A stretch of 64,000 nucleotides of DNA from Candidatus Cloacimonadales bacterium (GCA_963662655.2 CAXXTU010000002.1:2944001-3008000); one strand, 5' to 3'; counted from the first letter of the stretch, positions 22,501 to 32,830 are shown. Notes: generated from the sequence alone by a model not told the origin. Made by a program: numbers and translations.

Positions 22501-23659
22501 CGAACTCGAAGAAGCTCTTACTGCCGTTATCTACGGTCAGTACGAAGTTGACGGTGGCGATGTTCACCTGTGGTGGAATGAACCTGGCGTTGGAAACGGC
22601 GCAGACTTCTCCGAAGACTTCGAAAGCGGCGATCTCTCAACCGGCTGGTCGACTGAAGGTATTTCAACAGACACATCCGGTAGCACACCAGGATACTTCA
22701 CCGTGTCCGATTACAGCAGCGATACATTCGCACCGTACGGAACATACCACGCAGGACTGTGGTGGTCTAACTCCGCACAGGATGAATGGCTGATCACACC
22801 TGAATTCAGCTGCGGCGCAAACACATCCATCACCTGGTCATGTGTTGCGTACGAAGGTTCTACCTATAACGATCACTACTATCTGAAGGTTTCCGACGAT
22901 GGTGGCGACACATGGGAAGCTGTATGGGATGCATCCGCACTTACCGGCGCAGCATGGAACTACTACGATCACGACTACACAATCGATCTCAGTGACTACA
23001 ACGGAAGCGATATCACGCTTGCCTGGAACTGTGTCGACGGCGATAGTCAGGGACTCTGGTACGTCTTCTTCGTCGATAACATCACTGTCACCTCCGGTGA
23101 TACCGTGATCCACTTCGACGGAAGCGACCTGACCCAGGAATCACGCAGCAGCAAGACCAATAAGGTTCAAATCAATCATCGCGATCGCGCACTCCTCGGC
23201 TACAAGATCGTCCGCGGCGGCGAAGTAATCGTAGAGCTTCAGTCGGATCGTGAATACTTCGACCTGAACAGACCTTCCGGTACATGGACATACTTCGTGT
23301 ACGCAGTATACTCGACCGGCGATGCAGAGCCATTGGTATACAGCGGTATCGTAAGCAACGATGATGTTGTCGTGCCGGAATACTCGACAGAATTGGTAGG
23401 TAACTGCCCGAACCCGTTCAACCCGCAAACGAGCATCAACTTCTCGCTTGCTGAACCGGGTAAGGTTACCATCGATATCTACAACATCAAGGGTCAGAAA
23501 GTCCGCAGCCTTGTGAACGACAAATACGATCAAGGTAACCACAAGGTAGTTTGGAACGGTACCGACGACACCAACCGCGGCGTTGGTAGCGGTATCTACT
23601 TCTACAAGATGAAGAGCGGACGCTATACCTCAACCAAGAAGATGATCCTGCTCAAATAA
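16553..23659 (+). CDS. Large secreted modular adhesin-like protein (beta-propeller, FN3-like, cleaved-adhesin-like and carboxypeptidase-regulatory-like domains) with FlgD-like/T9SS-type C-terminal domain
   Basis: 2368 aa, GAGGAGG RBS, signal peptide, acidic beta-rich modules, C-terminus GNCPNPFNP...YNIKGQKVR...W.G...SGIYFY...KKMILLK. Confidence 0.88.
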   Translation: MKQSSRAWIFVILGLFLCASLLVAKTPEVKAIDPTGPAPRTFHHSTSTQPTTFPQNFRAEVAYGVVCYDPSGALSDGPVTFALDTPGTMTQLAEDAGELITASSIDAEQTWYAIEYYSHNLVTFDYETGARTVVATITAPGGRTWTGMAFDFSTMTMYGICYSSGVDAALCTIDLDSYEVAVVGTTTDLTTPINLACSNEGQLYLVDIGDDNLYRMDKTDASVEVVGAIGFDCIYAQDMAFDHDENILYMGAYSDALDGELRTVNLQTGATTVIGALQGGVEMPGFVIPSYPAEPGAPAAPTNFVLTPDAGGALECELSWTNPSETFDGETLTELDVVVVYRNDELIYTLDNPTIGANVTWTDDTMDAPLMAVYRVFGSNTEGDGPAVTGNAWVGEDVPAAVTDLVLTANNYNGRLTWTNPTTGLHGGPFNNPITGYRLERSDGEVINITGQTTMYDDTTIEFGGTYFYEVSAVNASGVGAPAVSNGCLILTPGTMVYADFETGDMPEGWTEEFVSGTSSWIFQAGGYSSHPATAHGGEYNALLYVGNSNGDITRLVSPQFNITDGAVLSFWHTQPIWATDQDQMTLVYRNTPDGEWTEIQSWTESITDWTEEVITLPNASTTYQIAFEGLAIYGYGIGIDDVIVSGEAGEVGTIEGTVTLNGGSGVITEVEVEAGGTMVHPDLNGDYAITLATGTYDVTATLFGYADVVVENVVVQADQTTDNVDFTLIPNPNVTVTGRCVGSDYPNVGLANVQIDITGYDTYQAFTNADGYFTIDGVWADHTYQITAMVEGYDMYVGEAIVGDSDTDLGDIILPEIASPPYNLIATQNAEGTEAYLVWNSPTGSLESFFDFDSDDGEFVSSDPVGWQWGQDTTNGYHSEPNVWATVLNNNYANSANWWLDSPEIIVSNNSVLTFWHYYNTEGSATYTYDGGNVKISIDGGDSWEVINPVGEYPSPAAHANNVAIPGEPCYFGTSEGWVLATFDLAAYVGEEAMFRWHFGSDGSVNGYRGWYIDDVRVGMPEERFALQQDSDNLHWVSNIATTRDRIIEQFAVYRMLLGEEDTPENWTLVNYDVADTTYTDTDWADVDTNIYQYAVRAIYTNGIESEATVSDWLAKDYYTTCTVTVNSATGDPLDGTVINLTCQSADPDGVYPEYEQVLEDGATSAYFPMVWRGIYDVTVVLEGAEPIQEVHDINNPAEITVTLTELTPPVSGIDATVTDNDVTLMWRTPSASSEFNFDDDDCDFVSNDAAGWQWGEDATTGAHSEPNVWGTKLNSQYTNDANWTLDSPEISIGGNSVLTFWHYYNSEGSDTYTYDAGNVKISVDGGDTWTVITPEGGYPSPAAYSTNAAIPGEPCYFGNSDGWVQAVFNLEAYSGQTAMFRWHFGTDGSVTSYIGWYIDDVYVGAPETRVALNNRTRNSANRNDRALEGYELYRNTVLIDGTLTPADTVYVDQDLADGVYTYEVVAVYTTGNADPASVTVQVYPLDITGTVYTSDNPEVGIDGALVVLENEEYYWEATTVDGEFAFFGVNGMQTYTLTITYEGGDAFYEPYTTEITVTDQDVPLGDITLSEITPAPGAVIATENTDHTEVDLVWGTPGSGSVEEFRYDDGNIISQLGWGSSSEVRLGATHYHNAEIQSITWYLTSNAAHTACDLYIYGVSEDGTPNAEDVLFEMTNVPSVDDSWNTYELETPVEAPNGFFVGVNTPTAFVALGTDDGVDDPYVFQPGTQWATNTVSTNEWHDIQEFDFPVNYAIRVSGYDYGELDTRHHHVASTPDSKAKALDAPTLIPGYVMNKNESRTVKGQKEEAPTFGSFNSTVNTTRDRALIGYDIYRLDVEDIDNPELWDHLTDEYVTDTTFVDVTWEDVPSGVYQWAVFAMYTNDNPSDPRFSNEVPRDMTAAVTINVTTNSGDSPAGATVSLVNQDGDEAHVYEAVVPASGSIFFPAVWLGFYNLTVELDGFDVYVENNVIVDDPEDGEEFDIELEEALTAVIYGQYEVDGGDVHLWWNEPGVGNGADFSEDFESGDLSTGWSTEGISTDTSGSTPGYFTVSDYSSDTFAPYGTYHAGLWWSNSAQDEWLITPEFSCGANTSITWSCVAYEGSTYNDHYYLKVSDDGGDTWEAVWDASALTGAAWNYYDHDYTIDLSDYNGSDITLAWNCVDGDSQGLWYVFFVDNITVTSGDTVIHFDGSDLTQESRSSKTNKVQINHRDRALLGYKIVRGGEVIVELQSDREYFDLNRPSGTWTYFVYAVYSTGDAEPLVYSGIVSNDDVVVPEYSTELVGNCPNPFNPQTSINFSLAEPGKVTIDIYNIKGQKVRSLVNDKYDQGNHKVVWNGTDDTNRGVGSGIYFYKMKSGRYTSTKKMILLK
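19100..20780 (+). repeat. Intragenic domain duplication (~520-bp units at ~19100-19620 and ~20260-20780)
   Basis: Both encode F.FD.DD..FVS.D..GWQWG...HSEPNVW...ANW.LDSPEI...LTFWHYYN.EGS.TYTYD.GNVKIS.DGGD...AIPGEPCYFG.S.GWV...AMFRWHFG.DGSV...GWYIDDV.VG.PE; shared DNA such as GAACCATGCTACTTCGGTA. Confidence 0.9.
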
Positions 23660-23679
23660 GCAAGATCACCGAAATAATC

Positions 23680-23709
23680 AAAGACCCCGAAGAAATTCGG
23701 GGTCTTTTT
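23680..23709 (+). terminator. Rho-independent terminator
   Basis: AAAGACCCCGAA-GAAA-TTCGGGGTCTTT followed by T run. Confidence 0.9.
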
Positions 23710-23953
23710 CTATGCAAACAACACCCTTTTTGATCGATGGACGTCCAATGATCAACTCCCTGCCATCGCATTTTCCTTACATTTTCAAGCTCAAAAACGA
23801 TGTGAGTAGTAAGCTGACGGAAGTATTAACCATATGGTTAAAAAATATGTGTGTTCCGAGTGAAAAAACCAAACCGTAAAGTGGCTTCTGGAGCGGGTTT
23901 GAGGCACCTCAGTAAGGGGCGGAATAAAAAGTATTTCCTAAACAAAAAAAAGG

Positions 23954-23982
23954 TTGACACGGATACGGGGCGGGAAGAAAAT
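23954..23982 (+). promoter_or_regulatory. Putative gyrB promoter
   Basis: A-tract, TTGACA, 17 bp, GAAAAT. Confidence 0.55.
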
Positions 23983-24018
23983 ACATCGTTAATAAGTTAT
24001 TGTCAGATAACATCTTAA

Positions 24019-25929
<1,911 letters not shown>

Positions 25930-25956
25930 GCGCGGCAGCGAGATGTTGGAGGTAAA

Positions 25957-28581
25957 ATGATACATGATAGATCGAGAATAGAGCATATCGAGATAGAAGA
26001 TGTCTTGAAGAAAGCGTACATGGAATACTCCATGAGCGTGATCGTTTCCCGTGCGCTACCGGATGCGAGAGACGGCTTGAAGCCGTCGCAGCGGCGCATT
26101 CTCTACGCGATGAACGAACTGAACCTTACGCCGGGACGCGGCTTCCGTAAGTGCGCGAAGATTTCCGGCGACACCTCGGGTAACTACCATCCGCACGGCG
26201 AGCAGGTAATTTATCCCACGCTCGTTCGTATGGCACAGCCCTGGAGTTTGCGATATCAGCTCATCGACGGCCAGGGTAACTTCGGTTCGCAAGACGGTGA
26301 CGGCCCGGCTGCCATGCGTTATACGGAAGCGAGACTACAAAAAGCCGCGGTCGACCTGATGCTGGATCTGGATAAAGACACCGTTGATTTCCAGCCGAAC
26401 TACGACGACACGCGCAAAGAGCCCAAGGTTTTCCCGTCGAAATTCCCCAACCTTCTTGCGAACGGTTCCTCGGGTATCGCGGTGGGTATGGCAACCAATA
26501 TGGCTCCGCATAACATCAAGGAAGTGTGCAACGGCATCATCGCACAGATCGACAACCCCGATCTCGATCCGCTCGATCTGCTGGCATACATCAAGGGTCC
26601 GGACTTCCCGACCGGCGGTTTCGTGATCGGCAGAAACGGAATCAGAGAGTATTTCAAGACGGGTCACGGCAAGCTCATTATGCGCGGAAAGGCCGCCATC
26701 GAGACGAAGAACAACAATTCCGAGCAGATTGTGATCACCGAGATTCCCTACCGGCTGAACAAGACTCTCCTGATAGAAAAGATTGTATCGCTTGTTAAGG
26801 ACAAACGTATCGACGGCATTTCCGACATCCGCGACGAATCGGGACGCCAGGGAATGCGACTCGTGATCACGATCAAACGTGGCCACGAAGCCAACAGCGT
26901 GCTCAACAAGCTCTATAAATATTCACAGTTGCAGGATACCTTCAGCGTGACCAACCGCGCGCTGGTCAATGGAGAACCCAAAGTTCTCAGCATGAAGGAG
27001 CTTATCCAGAGCTACGTCGATTTCCGTCATGGGATCATCGTCCGCAGGACGCAGTTCGAGCTCGATAAAGCGGAGAAGCGTCTTCACATCCTGGAAGGTT
27101 ACCGCATAGCGCTGGACAACATCGACGAAGTGATCAAGACGATCCGCGAATCGAAGACGGTTCAGGACGCGAGCGATAATCTGCAATCGCGCTTCGGCCT
27201 TTCTGAAATCCAGGCGAAAGCGATTCTGGAAATGCGTTTGCAGAAGCTTACCGGGCTGGAACGCGACAAGGTGGAAGAGGAGTACCTTCAGTTGGTGGAA
27301 ACCGTGAAGAACCTCAAGGAAATCCTCGAAAAGCGCGAGCTTCGTATGCAGATCATCAAGGATGAGGTTACGGAAATTCGCGAGAAGTACGGCGACGATC
27401 GTCGCACCGTCATTCTGGACGGCTCGGCGGATATCGAAACCGAGGATATGATCGCCGACGAAGAGATGGTTGTCACCATTTCTCACGAAGGCTACATCAA
27501 GCGCCTTCCGATCGACACCTACCGCAAGCAGGGTCGCGGCGGTAAGGGGCTTTCGGGGTCAAACCTGAAGGACGAAGACTTCATCGAGACCATCTTCGTC
27601 GCCTCGACGCACTCCTATATTCTCTTCTTTACCGATCAGGGAATGTGCTACTGGCTCAAGGTGCACAGAATTCCTCGCATGGGTCGTCTGGCACGCGGTA
27701 AGGCGATTGTCAACCTGCTCCAGCTCAAGGACGAGAAGGTCAAGGCGTTCGTCACCGTGCGCGATTTCAGCAATCCGCATTTCATCACGATGGTCACTAA
27801 GAACGGCGTGGTGAAAAAGACCTCACTCGAAGCCTATTCACGTCCGCGCATTAACGGCATTATCGCGATCAAGCTCATCGAAGGCGATGAACTGATCGAT
27901 GCCAAGATCACCGAGGGCGATAACGATATCATCCTGGCAACCTGGAACGGTTTCGCCAATCGCTTCAACGAAAACGACGTCCGCGCGCAGGGACGCAACT
28001 CCCAGGGCGTTCGCGGCATCAGCTTGCGGCCGGGAGATCGCGTGGTCGCGATGGTCGTGATCAAGCGGGAAGGAACGCTGCTTTCCATCAGCGAAAACGG
28101 CTTCGGAAAACGAACGGAGATCAGCAGCTACACCGTGACCAAGCGTGGCTCGAAAGGTGTTATCACCCTGAAGACAACCGAGCGCAACGGGCATCTGGTT
28201 TCGTTGCTCGAGGTGGTGGATAACGACGATCTGATCATTATCACCATCAACGGTATGATTATCCGTCAGGCGGTCGCCAATATCAGCGTGATCGGAAGAA
28301 ACACGCAGGGAATCAAGCTCATTGGCCTCAACAAGGAAGACAAGGTGATCGACGTCTCGCGCATCGCGGCTGAAGAAGAGTATGACGATGATGACGACGA
28401 GAACGCGGAACCCGTCTCGGAAGAAGAACTCTATGCCGAGTATGAGGACGAGGAAATCCCTGACGAGAACGAGTACGTGGAAGGCGACGACGACGACGAG
28501 GAAGACGAGGAGGGGTCGGCAGACGATCTGGAGAGCGAAGAAGAAACCGATGACGAATCCGAACCTGAAGAAGAAGAATAA
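25957..28581 (+). CDS. gyrA: DNA gyrase subunit A
   Basis: RALPDARDGLKP, YHPHG, AAMRYTE catalytic Tyr, GyrA-box QGRGGKG, acidic tail. Confidence 0.97.
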   Translation: MIHDRSRIEHIEIEDVLKKAYMEYSMSVIVSRALPDARDGLKPSQRRILYAMNELNLTPGRGFRKCAKISGDTSGNYHPHGEQVIYPTLVRMAQPWSLRYQLIDGQGNFGSQDGDGPAAMRYTEARLQKAAVDLMLDLDKDTVDFQPNYDDTRKEPKVFPSKFPNLLANGSSGIAVGMATNMAPHNIKEVCNGIIAQIDNPDLDPLDLLAYIKGPDFPTGGFVIGRNGIREYFKTGHGKLIMRGKAAIETKNNNSEQIVITEIPYRLNKTLLIEKIVSLVKDKRIDGISDIRDESGRQGMRLVITIKRGHEANSVLNKLYKYSQLQDTFSVTNRALVNGEPKVLSMKELIQSYVDFRHGIIVRRTQFELDKAEKRLHILEGYRIALDNIDEVIKTIRESKTVQDASDNLQSRFGLSEIQAKAILEMRLQKLTGLERDKVEEEYLQLVETVKNLKEILEKRELRMQIIKDEVTEIREKYGDDRRTVILDGSADIETEDMIADEEMVVTISHEGYIKRLPIDTYRKQGRGGKGLSGSNLKDEDFIETIFVASTHSYILFFTDQGMCYWLKVHRIPRMGRLARGKAIVNLLQLKDEKVKAFVTVRDFSNPHFITMVTKNGVVKKTSLEAYSRPRINGIIAIKLIEGDELIDAKITEGDNDIILATWNGFANRFNENDVRAQGRNSQGVRGISLRPGDRVVAMVVIKREGTLLSISENGFGKRTEISSYTVTKRGSKGVITLKTTERNGHLVSLLEVVDNDDLIIITINGMIIRQAVANISVIGRNTQGIKLIGLNKEDKVIDVSRIAAEEEYDDDDDENAEPVSEEELYAEYEDEEIPDENEYVEGDDDDEEDEEGSADDLESEEETDDESEPEEEE

Positions 28582-28602
28582 ACTATAAGACAGAAGATAT
28601 TC

Positions 28603-28640
28603 AAATCCCCGGCGCGCTCGATGAGGTGTCGGGGATTTTT
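28603..28640 (+). terminator. Rho-independent terminator after gyrA
   Basis: AAATCCCCGGCGC...GTGTCGGGGATTTTT hairpin with T run. Confidence 0.8.
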
Positions 28641-28696
28641 CTCTTTACAAAAAAGAAAGCTGTGTTGTTAATCGAGTGGGTTAATGTCGTCCCAGA

Positions 28697-28790
28697 TGTC
28701 ATGCGAGTGATGCGTCAGCATCGTATCGAAGTATCGACATCGAACGCACCTTCGATACACCCCGACAAGTCGGGGCGCTCAGGGTGAACC
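28697..28790. repeat. REP/MITE-like branched palindromic element
   Basis: Hairpins GATGC-GTCA-GCATC, GTATCGAAG...CTTCGATAC and CCCCGAC-AA-GTCGGGG within imperfect outer arms GTCATGCGAGTG / CGCTCAGGGTGAA. Confidence 0.55.
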
Positions 28791-28816
28791 AAACGTTAAC
28801 TTACGGCGAGGTGTAT

Positions 28817-29272
28817 ATGTCGCTTTTCAGTGAAGATTTGATTTTCGTACATCCGCAGTGCCTGGATAAGGACCACTGTCTAAAAAAAATGGTCACGTTT
28901 CTTGAAGAGCGAGGTTATATAGATGCAAGCAAAGATTTTCTGCAGAAAGTGATGGAGCGCGAGGAGGCAATGAGTACCGGAATCGGGTATGGAATCGCCA
29001 TTCCGCATGGACGCAGTAAATCTGTGCATGATCTGAAAATACTTGTATATATCCTTGACAAGGCAATCGATTTCGAGTCGATTGACCGACAACCGGTGCG
29101 TATTATTTTTCTCTTTGCAATCCCAGAAGAAGGCAAGGAGAAATATATGCCGGTGCTGGGAGCTGTATCGCAGTTTCTGCGTAATAGCGATAATCGTAAT
29201 AATCTAACAAGCGCAACCTCGCCAAGCGAGGTTTTGCTTCTGCTTCAAGAGATTAAAATCGGGAGTAATTGA
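28817..29272 (+). CDS. PTS EIIA domain protein (fructose/nitrogen-regulatory type)
   Basis: REEAMSTGIGYGIAIPHG phospho-His motif, IDF.SID.QPV.IIFL; ATG after GAGGTG RBS. Confidence 0.88.
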   Translation: MSLFSEDLIFVHPQCLDKDHCLKKMVTFLEERGYIDASKDFLQKVMEREEAMSTGIGYGIAIPHGRSKSVHDLKILVYILDKAIDFESIDRQPVRIIFLFAIPEEGKEKYMPVLGAVSQFLRNSDNRNNLTSATSPSEVLLLLQEIKIGSN

Positions 29273-30222
29273 TGCGAATCAGCCGTATAATGCTTGTAGC
29301 TGTCGTTCTTGGATGGGCAGCTTTTTCTTATGCGATTCATGATGATGCTGGGACAACGGGTTTCAGCTTCCTGCGAATGAACTTCTCCACTCGCGCAGCC
29401 GCTATGGCGAATGCCCATACCGCGGATGTGGGAACGGCGGACGGAGTGTTCTTCAACACCGCCGGGCTCACCTACGCAGACGGTACGCAGATGTCCGTTT
29501 CCGGTATCAGCTATATCGAAGGTTTCTACGGAGGTTCAGCCGTCTTCATGAAATCTGTCGAAGAGAAATTCAAGATCGCGGTTTTCACGCAGACTCTCTC
29601 CAAAAGCGGAATCACTCGAACAACGGTTGACGATAACGGCTACTATGCAGGAGAGGATGGAACCTATGGGACTTCCGAATTCGTGTTCGGTCTCGGCACG
29701 GGTTTCAATATCGCCCCTGTGATCGACGGCGGTATCAACATCAAATATATCCATGAATCCATCGACGAGAACAGCGCTTCGGCCATTGCGATCGACGTCT
29801 CTCTGCTTCATCAGACCGTGAATGAGAAAATCAAGATTGGTCTGGCGATGAAAAACCTCGGTACGCAGCTCACTTATTTTACCGATTCCAAGCACGAGGA
29901 AGGTCTGCCTTTCGGTTTTACCGCCGGGCTCAACTACAATCCCACCAAAAAACTGCTCATAGATTTCGATGTGGATATCCCGCTCGACTACGACATCACC
30001 GGACGCCTGGGTACAGAGTATCGTCTGCACGACATGCTTGCGCTCCGTGCCGGCTATAAGTACGAAGGACACCAGTGGAAAACGGGTGGCGACTACGATC
30101 CCTTCTCCGGATTCTCATGTGGATTTGGGGTATACTGGAACAGCTTTGTCATCGATTACGCGGTGAGCTCTTACGGCGATCTGGGATTCGTGAATCAGGC
30201 AGCGGTATCTTACAAGTTCTAA
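29272..30222 (+). CDS. PorV/PorQ-family (FadL-like) outer-membrane beta-barrel
   Basis: Signal peptide, GTTGFSFL...RAAAMANA...FFNTAGL, KNLG, LRAGY, IDYA, C-terminal YKF. Confidence 0.8.
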   Translation: MRISRIMLVAVVLGWAAFSYAIHDDAGTTGFSFLRMNFSTRAAAMANAHTADVGTADGVFFNTAGLTYADGTQMSVSGISYIEGFYGGSAVFMKSVEEKFKIAVFTQTLSKSGITRTTVDDNGYYAGEDGTYGTSEFVFGLGTGFNIAPVIDGGINIKYIHESIDENSASAIAIDVSLLHQTVNEKIKIGLAMKNLGTQLTYFTDSKHEEGLPFGFTAGLNYNPTKKLLIDFDVDIPLDYDITGRLGTEYRLHDMLALRAGYKYEGHQWKTGGDYDPFSGFSCGFGVYWNSFVIDYAVSSYGDLGFVNQAAVSYKF

Positions 30223-30231
30223 AACAAATAT

Positions 30232-31551
30232 TTATTCGTCTATATCGGTCGATCGATCCAGATCGACCATTTTTTCTTCATCCGTATAGTTGTCGAACAC
30301 GACATTCTTGATCTTCTGTAGCTTCTGGAGAATCTCCTGCATTCTCTCGATGGATTCCCGGATTCTCCCGAACCTCTTCCTAGAGCTTTCATCCACCGTT
30401 TTCGACGCTTCAAGCATCTCGAGATTCATCAGCATGACCTGAAGCGGCTGATTCATCTCGTGGCTGGCCGTAACGCTGATGGCAGAAATATTCTCCAGCA
30501 TTTCGAGGCGCTTCTTGCTGTAGGTGTACTTGGTGATGATGATGGTCGAAACAGTCAGAAGAAGGAAAATCACCGATAAAATAATCAGGCGAACTACAAA
30601 GGTTTTGTGCGTTAACTGGAAAACGTCATAGTCCCTATCGAGTTGAAGGAAGTACCCGATTTTCTCGTTGCTGTAATTGACGATAGGAATGCCCGTTATA
30701 CTGTATCTGTTGTCGGAATTCTTGAGCTGGCGGGAAAAAGGAAGAAGCTCTTCGAATGCTTGACAACACTTGCTGTTTATCTTGTGTTCCGGCAGATAGG
30801 GTATCACTTTCTCCGTGAAAGAAGAATCCACTGCATTCACATCGATGTAATAATTGGGATTCAACCTGCTTTCTGCATAATTTTCCGACCGTTGCTCCTT
30901 AAAAACTTTCTTGTCGACTACTTCTTTTGAAATGAGAAAATGGTAGTCATAATTGAACAATTCCTTCAGGTTATGGATTATTGCCAGCACGGAAGTGCTG
31001 ATTTCAACAGAACCAACATGCTCGCCCCGGTAGAAGATTGGAAAAACGAAACGAAATCCATTGAATATTCGCCCTTCTTCAAAACCTGATTGCTCTGTTT
31101 TCTGAAGGTTCGTTTCCAGAACGGTCTTCCTCACGTCACCCAGGATATCGCCGTATTTCCCGGGCTTGTGCATGCGCAGGAAGCTCTCTGTTGAAGGCAA
31201 GTGATAGTGTAACTGCCTGAAATTGTATTTCTTTATGACTGAATAAAGGTACAAGTTTCTCTCGTATAGCTCATAGCGAATTTTGTTTTTTTGCAGCGTG
31301 TTTTCTGCATGGGAAGCTTTGAACATCAAGTATTCGATATCCGATTCATTTATCTGTGTTTCGTATAGCATACGGGCGATGTTATGGTAAATCTTCTCTG
31401 TGATAGCGACGCGATTCTTTAGTGTTTCAATCTTGGATGTCTGTATGGTCTGTAGCTTGTTCTGATAGTTAATGGATATGAATACAAAAGATAAAACAAG
31501 AAAAATGAATATAATAGCTATGATAGCGTAGCTGCTTTGTCGCGGTGTCAT
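30232..31551 (-). CDS. Membrane sensor (two TMs, dCache-like domain) with HisKA/DHp domain but no HATPase domain
   Basis: SFLRMHKP.KYGD, GFEEGR...GFRFVFPI, HVGSVE; SHEMNQPL H-box about 75 aa from the stop; no N/G1/F/G2 boxes. Confidence 0.8.
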   Translation of the reverse strand: MTPRQSSYAIIAIIFIFLVLSFVFISINYQNKLQTIQTSKIETLKNRVAITEKIYHNIARMLYETQINESDIEYLMFKASHAENTLQKNKIRYELYERNLYLYSVIKKYNFRQLHYHLPSTESFLRMHKPGKYGDILGDVRKTVLETNLQKTEQSGFEEGRIFNGFRFVFPIFYRGEHVGSVEISTSVLAIIHNLKELFNYDYHFLISKEVVDKKVFKEQRSENYAESRLNPNYYIDVNAVDSSFTEKVIPYLPEHKINSKCCQAFEELLPFSRQLKNSDNRYSITGIPIVNYSNEKIGYFLQLDRDYDVFQLTHKTFVVRLIILSVIFLLLTVSTIIITKYTYSKKRLEMLENISAISVTASHEMNQPLQVMLMNLEMLEASKTVDESSRKRFGRIRESIERMQEILQKLQKIKNVVFDNYTDEEKMVDLDRSTDIDE

Positions 31552-31650
31552 CCGATCTCCTTATCACAAACAAAATAAGGAAAGGAAGCAAACAAACAAA
31601 TGTCAAGGTAATAATCAGCCGGAAGATATTTTAACTTACATAAATTATTA

Positions 31651-32823
31651 TCAAAAATACACCTTCAGCCGTAGCATCCCTCCAATGTCGGAAGCGCCGT
31701 ATTCCGAGTTGTGATTACCGACGGGAAGATATACGACAATATCCGATTCGATGTTGTCGCCAAGCGTGAAATCAACCCAGGGGTACAGCATCGCGCTACC
31801 GTCGCTGGCATTGTAAAGGACGTAGAGCGAGCCGTTCATGAGCTCCGTGATCGGATACTGAGCCATGGTAAAGGCGTAATTGCGCCCGAGGGACTCGATA
31901 CTGCCATCCAGGAGGTTGACCCAGTCGTAGAAGGTGTAGTCGTCGCTTGTATCTTCACCTCTTTCGTTGTAGAAATACTCTGCCATCAGGTAGAGGCCGT
32001 TATCCAGCGTGTAATCCGTTCCCGCAAGGATTTGCATGTAGCAGTCGATATCCTCCGGGTATCTCCAGGCGGCTTCCGCCCATATCCCGAGCCCGAGCAA
32101 CTGCCCGGAGATGTCCGCGCCAAGCTGGTCGGTGATCTGCGTGGAAGGAACGGATTCTCCAAAGAACCTCTGCGTCAAGCGCACGTAGCTGAGGCTGAAA
32201 TCGTAATCGAGCAGCCGCGAGCTGAATTTCACGGCTCGCTTGCTGGTTTCCCAATCGTCATCCACGCTCATGATAGCGATGATCCGGGTGCTCATGGTTA
32301 AATTCCAGCCCAGTTTGAAGGCGTTGATGCCGCGCTTGTCGTATGTGGGATCCAGGATATTCTTGTAGTGGAAGCAGTCGGTCGGGTTGCGCGAATATCC
32401 GGTTCCCCAGGGGATGAGTTGCTTGCCGACGCGGAGATCGAAGTCTTTCCAGTAAAGCGTGAGGTTGGCGTTGTCGAGGTAATAACTGTTCGAGTAATGG
32501 TAGCTGTAGAGATTATCGATGCGATCGTGCGGATAGCCCACAGAATCCGCGTACTCCTTCAAGACGTCCTCGGGGATACACTCCGATGCGACGAAATATG
32601 TCTTCCCATCGTAGAGCTCGATGTTGTAATTCGCCTGGAAATCGATGCGTTCATCGATCTTGCCTTGCAGATCGAGGCGGAACTTGTTGATATCGGTCAT
32701 CTTCAAGCGGGAGTCGTACATTTGCGGATAGAAGGTGTTTTCGTATCGACCGCTCATGTCCACGTCAAGCGCGCCAAGCGTGATCATGAAAAACGCACTA
32801 ACGGTTGCTAAAATCCAACGCAT
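31651..32823 (-). CDS. Putative outer-membrane beta-barrel/porin
   Basis: Signal peptide, RVGKQ.I.WG, NPTD, C-terminal LRLKVYF; last gene of the transporter operon. Confidence 0.7.
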   Translation of the reverse strand: MRWILATVSAFFMITLGALDVDMSGRYENTFYPQMYDSRLKMTDINKFRLDLQGKIDERIDFQANYNIELYDGKTYFVASECIPEDVLKEYADSVGYPHDRIDNLYSYHYSNSYYLDNANLTLYWKDFDLRVGKQLIPWGTGYSRNPTDCFHYKNILDPTYDKRGINAFKLGWNLTMSTRIIAIMSVDDDWETSKRAVKFSSRLLDYDFSLSYVRLTQRFFGESVPSTQITDQLGADISGQLLGLGIWAEAAWRYPEDIDCYMQILAGTDYTLDNGLYLMAEYFYNERGEDTSDDYTFYDWVNLLDGSIESLGRNYAFTMAQYPITELMNGSLYVLYNASDGSAMLYPWVDFTLGDNIESDIVVYLPVGNHNSEYGASDIGGMLRLKVYF

Positions 32824-32830
32824 GACAACC

